Assembly (NCBI GenBank): GCA_028285755.1
Contig: JANQOQ010000010.1
Location: 176,768-240,767, forward strand
DNA: 64,000 bases
DNA from: Puniceicoccaceae bacterium
GTDB lineage: Bacteria > Verrucomicrobiota > Verrucomicrobiia > Opitutales > JAFGAQ01
Reading direction: 5' to 3'
The position numbers and the translations under genes are program-made. Below the pieces are notes generated by a model. It did no database searches. It had not been told where the DNA came from and saw only the letters and a program-made list of their open reading frames with translations. Below, in pieces: positions 61,149-64,000 of this stretch (positions are counted from its first letter, which is position 1; every line of letters begins with the position of its first letter).

Positions 61149-62582
61149 ATGAATGATTTAAATACCCCTTTATCCCGTAGAGATTTCATTAAAAACGCTT
61201 CGGCCGCAGGTGCCGGATTTATGGTTTTGCCCAGTTTTGTTGCCGGCCAGTCCAATTCATCCAAAGCGCCCAATAGCCGGATCAATATTGCCATCGTAGG
61301 TGTTGGCGGTAAAGGCCGGGGTCCAACCATAGACTGCCTGGAAGAAAACGTCGTGGCGCTATGCGACGTGGATATGGGCAAAGTGGCCAGTGATCGTCAG
61401 CCTACCGGCTGGAATCCTCAGCAAGGCACATTGTTTAGTGAGGCAATTACAGAACATGAAAAACGGGGTGCCAAGTGGTATAAGGACTATCGGGTGATGT
61501 TTGAGGAAATGGCTGACAAGATTGATGCGGTCATTATTTCCACCCCGGACCACATGCACTTTCCCATTGCGCTTTCAGCCCTCAATTTGGGAATGCATGT
61601 GTATTGCGAGAAGCCGCTGACTCACACAGTCGATGAGGCACGTATTTTAACGGAAGTGGCTGCCAAGAAGGGTGTAGTCACGCAAATGGGTAACCAGGGG
61701 CACTCCAACGAGGGCACGCGCCTGGTCAAGGAATGGATCGAAGGCGGGGTGCTTGGTGAAGTGCGTGAAGTCCACTCATGGACGAGCCGTCCCATCGGCT
61801 CATGGAAAGATATCCACGGCATGGATAAACCCGATCACAGTGAGTTCATACCGGTGGTGCCGGAGGGATTGGATTGGGACCTTTGGCAAGGCGTTGCAGA
61901 ACGGCGTGCGTATGATCCTCACTATCTACCTTTTAGTTGGCGAGGATATCTGGACTATGGTTGTGGTTCTCTTGGGGACATGGCGTGCCATATCATGAAC
62001 TCATCCAACTGGGCGCTCAATCTCGGGCAGCCGACTGAAATTTCTGCGCTAACGAGCCACCGTTCGGGTTATACATATCCTTACAGCTCCGTGGTTACCT
62101 ATGAGTTTCCCCAACGAGGCAAAATGCCGCCGGTAACCTACAAATGGTATGATGGAGACTTGCTGCCCAGCCTTCCGCATTTCCTAAAGGATTACAACCC
62201 CTATGATGGCAATGAAGGGGAGAATGGCACTCTCATCATCGGGGAAGGGATCGCACTGCATTGTTCGAGCGATAGCAGCATTGTCAGAATTGTTCCGGAT
62301 GAGAAATTCCGCGAAGTGCGAACATCCCTGCCGCCCAAAACGTTAAGACGTGTAAAAGGCACCCATCTGGATGAATGGCTGAATGCAATCCGTGAGGATC
62401 GTCCCGCAAATGGTGATTTCAGCTATTCAGGGCCTTTCACGGAGATGGTGCTGCTAGGGTGTGTAGCCCAGCAAACGGGTCGTCACATGGAATACGATGC
62501 GGCAAAGCGATCATTTAAAAATGACATCGAAACCACTGCATTGTTGAAAAAGGATTACCCGGACGGTTGGGTCGTTGGCTAG
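61149..62582 (+). CDS. Tat-exported Gfo/Idh/MocA-family oxidoreductase
   Basis: Twin-arginine leader LSRRDFIKNASAAGAGFMVLP, IAIVGVGGKG, ALCDVD, VIISTPDHMH and VYCEKPLT. It is a paralogue of 15091-16413. Confidence 0.85.
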   Translation: MNDLNTPLSRRDFIKNASAAGAGFMVLPSFVAGQSNSSKAPNSRINIAIVGVGGKGRGPTIDCLEENVVALCDVDMGKVASDRQPTGWNPQQGTLFSEAITEHEKRGAKWYKDYRVMFEEMADKIDAVIISTPDHMHFPIALSALNLGMHVYCEKPLTHTVDEARILTEVAAKKGVVTQMGNQGHSNEGTRLVKEWIEGGVLGEVREVHSWTSRPIGSWKDIHGMDKPDHSEFIPVVPEGLDWDLWQGVAERRAYDPHYLPFSWRGYLDYGCGSLGDMACHIMNSSNWALNLGQPTEISALTSHRSGYTYPYSSVVTYEFPQRGKMPPVTYKWYDGDLLPSLPHFLKDYNPYDGNEGENGTLIIGEGIALHCSSDSSIVRIVPDEKFREVRTSLPPKTLRRVKGTHLDEWLNAIREDRPANGDFSYSGPFTEMVLLGCVAQQTGRHMEYDAAKRSFKNDIETTALLKKDYPDGWVVG

Positions 62583-63895
62583 CCGCGCAATCCCCATTTA
62601 ATCACAGTCAAGAGACTGGGAGTTTTCCCCTTGGTCAGGATAGTCATCCTGAAAATACGACTACCCAGCCACACTGCGAAAACCGAATACAGGATCATCC
62701 CGGTCACTCCTGCGATGGGTTGCCACAGGGGTATTCCATCGATCAGGTTCTGCCGAAACATCATCAGCATAGGCGTGAATGGAGGGATCAGCGAGGCCAC
62801 CATTGCAAATTGACTCATGGGCTCCCGGATGACGGGCGTAATCAGGAAGAGTGGAATCATCAAGGGCAACAATGCAGGAAATACAAAATTTTGGGATTCC
62901 TTGGCATCATTGCACATGGCCCCGATGGTTGCCATACTGGTGCCGACGAGGATGATCGCAAAGATTTGATAAAATATAAACCAAGGGATGATGGATAATG
63001 AAATGTAACCCATGAAACCCATATTGGTCATCACAAACAGGATACCTCCCATGTAGAAGGCGGACCCCGTTAAACTAATGGCAACCCCTCCCAGAATTTT
63101 GCCGAACAAGAACTCAAATGGTGTTGCGGAACACAACAGCGTTTCCACTATATTTTGGGATTTTTCTTCCATCACCGAATTCATCAGCGGGCTGGCACCC
63201 ATCATGGTCATGGCAAACATAAGCATCATCAGTCCGACCGGTACTCCGAAGGCGATCAGCTCATTGACTTTCTGGGCTTCATCGGCGATGCCATCTGAAT
63301 CAGCCTTTACGAGTTCCATGGTTTCTACTCCATGATGTCTGAAGATATAAGAGAGATCATCTGCTTCATAGCCGAGGTTGGTGAGATGATGCTTGCGGAT
63401 TTGCTGATTGATCTCGTGGTTTAGCCACCAGCGAAAATCATCGATGGATGAATTGCTGGCATAGTAGCGGACACCGGTTTGATTACTGCCCGCATTGCTA
63501 TCCTCGGATATGACATAAGCGGGGATTTCGACAAAACCGCTCAATTCTCTTGAGCGCACTTCGTCAGAAAGGTTTAACTTTTGCTGGTTTGACCCATCCA
63601 GGATGATATCGCGTATTTCCAGTTTATAGGCGGGTTGGATTTGCTTGTTATCATCATTGTAAACCTCACGCTCATTACGCTGCTCAGCCGCTTCGATCAG
63701 AGCTTCCCCCAGTTGCCCGGTACCATCGAGTATCACGTATCGCTTATCCGTAAGGTCTACATTGTCTTTCAGTAATACCGGAACGAAAATACTCCCCAGC
63801 ATGAAAATAGGGATCATAAAAAGGCTGATGATAAAGGCCTTGCTTTGAACCGTTGCGAGATATTCGCGTTTGGCGATGAGATAAATATTACGCAT
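62579..63895 (-). CDS. ABC-2-type transporter permease (NatB-like)
   Basis: Start placed at ATG 63895 (MRNIYLIAKREYLATVQSKAFIISLFMIPIFM...). An N-terminal TM helix and a large extracytoplasmic loop are followed by about 5 C-terminal TM helices, typical of ABC-2 permeases. Confidence 0.7.
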   Translation of the reverse strand: MRNIYLIAKREYLATVQSKAFIISLFMIPIFMLGSIFVPVLLKDNVDLTDKRYVILDGTGQLGEALIEAAEQRNEREVYNDDNKQIQPAYKLEIRDIILDGSNQQKLNLSDEVRSRELSGFVEIPAYVISEDSNAGSNQTGVRYYASNSSIDDFRWWLNHEINQQIRKHHLTNLGYEADDLSYIFRHHGVETMELVKADSDGIADEAQKVNELIAFGVPVGLMMLMFAMTMMGASPLMNSVMEEKSQNIVETLLCSATPFEFLFGKILGGVAISLTGSAFYMGGILFVMTNMGFMGYISLSIIPWFIFYQIFAIILVGTSMATIGAMCNDAKESQNFVFPALLPLMIPLFLITPVIREPMSQFAMVASLIPPFTPMLMMFRQNLIDGIPLWQPIAGVTGMILYSVFAVWLGSRIFRMTILTKGKTPSLLTVIKWGLRG

Positions 63896-64000
63896 GGTTC
63901 TCTCCGGGATGAATGGATTCGGTGTCCGCCTGTGAAGGCTGTGCAATATCTACAAATATGTCGTGAAGCTTCGGTCGAATGATTTCAGCTCTTTCGATGC
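63889..64000 (-). CDS. 3' end of an upstream gene, probably the ABC transporter ATP-binding subunit (partial)
   Basis: Own translation of the minus strand gives an open frame ending ...IERAEIIRPKLHDIFVDIAQPSQADTESIHPGENHA-stop (TAA at 63891..63889), overlapping the permease start. The call rests only on position upstream of an ABC-2 permease and an ABC C-terminal-like sequence. Confidence 0.35.

Noticed and set aside
1-64000. Search by eye for CRISPR arrays, rRNA genes, IS elements/transposases, prophage structural genes, and toxin-antitoxin pairs
   Set aside because: I noticed no regularly spaced direct repeats, rRNA-like segments, DDE/HUH transposase motifs or phage structural proteins. 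Absence is based on manual reading only and should be confirmed with dedicated tools.

Overview
This 64-kb window comes from a Gram-negative, probably marine glycan-degrading bacterium. The taxon is inference only: a T9SS-type C-terminal sorting domain, an ECF sigma/FecR/STN-TonB-receptor trio and many sulfatase/fucosidase-type genes suggest an FCB- or PVC-like heterotroph. The window splits into two compositional parts. (1) Positions 1 to ~12.3 kb are visibly AT-rich (hand-sampled lines give roughly mid-30s % G+C versus high-40s % further right; not computed) and look like an accessory island. It carries a tyrosine recombinase almost contiguous with an ATP-grasp ligase and a DABA-type aminotransferase, and a permuted-papain (YiiX-like) amidase with membrane and coiled-coil/TPR proteins. 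It also carries a tightly packed cytoplasmic phosphorelay operon (PAS kinase, stand-alone receiver, REC-kinase-REC hybrid). The terminal component of that operon is not a transcription factor but a receiver domain fused to a trypsin-like serine protease, followed by a small ORF that resembles the protease's own linker domain. This operon (6222-11498) is my best candidate for an undescribed system: Detocs-like defensive two-component logic with a protease effector. (2) Positions ~12.8-64 kb are a dense carbohydrate-utilisation region. The hydrolases are two GH29 fucosidases, a GH9, a GH78-like enzyme, two DUF5060/DUF4038 (GH140-like) hydrolases and an S1 sulfatase. Uptake and regulation genes include two TonB-dependent receptors (one ~1400 aa, STN-type, under ECF sigma/FecR control), a TRAP transporter with an unusual DctP-DctQ fusion, an SSS symporter, a GntR regulator and a DUF1537 acid-sugar kinase cassette. 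Many normally cytoplasmic enzyme families here carry Sec or Tat signal peptides: Gfo/Idh/MocA x2, an enolase-superfamily enzyme, an RraA-like protein, a nucleoside-hydrolase-like protein and a DUF62 SAM hydrolase. Also present are tRNA-Pro(CGG), a 4xFAS1 fasciclin protein, a GT2/GT-C pair, an ankyrin + tandem TonB-C protein and the start of an ABC-2 transporter. I saw no CRISPR array, rRNA or recognisable IS/transposase. All domain calls come from reading motifs in the supplied or hand-made translations; no database search was possible.
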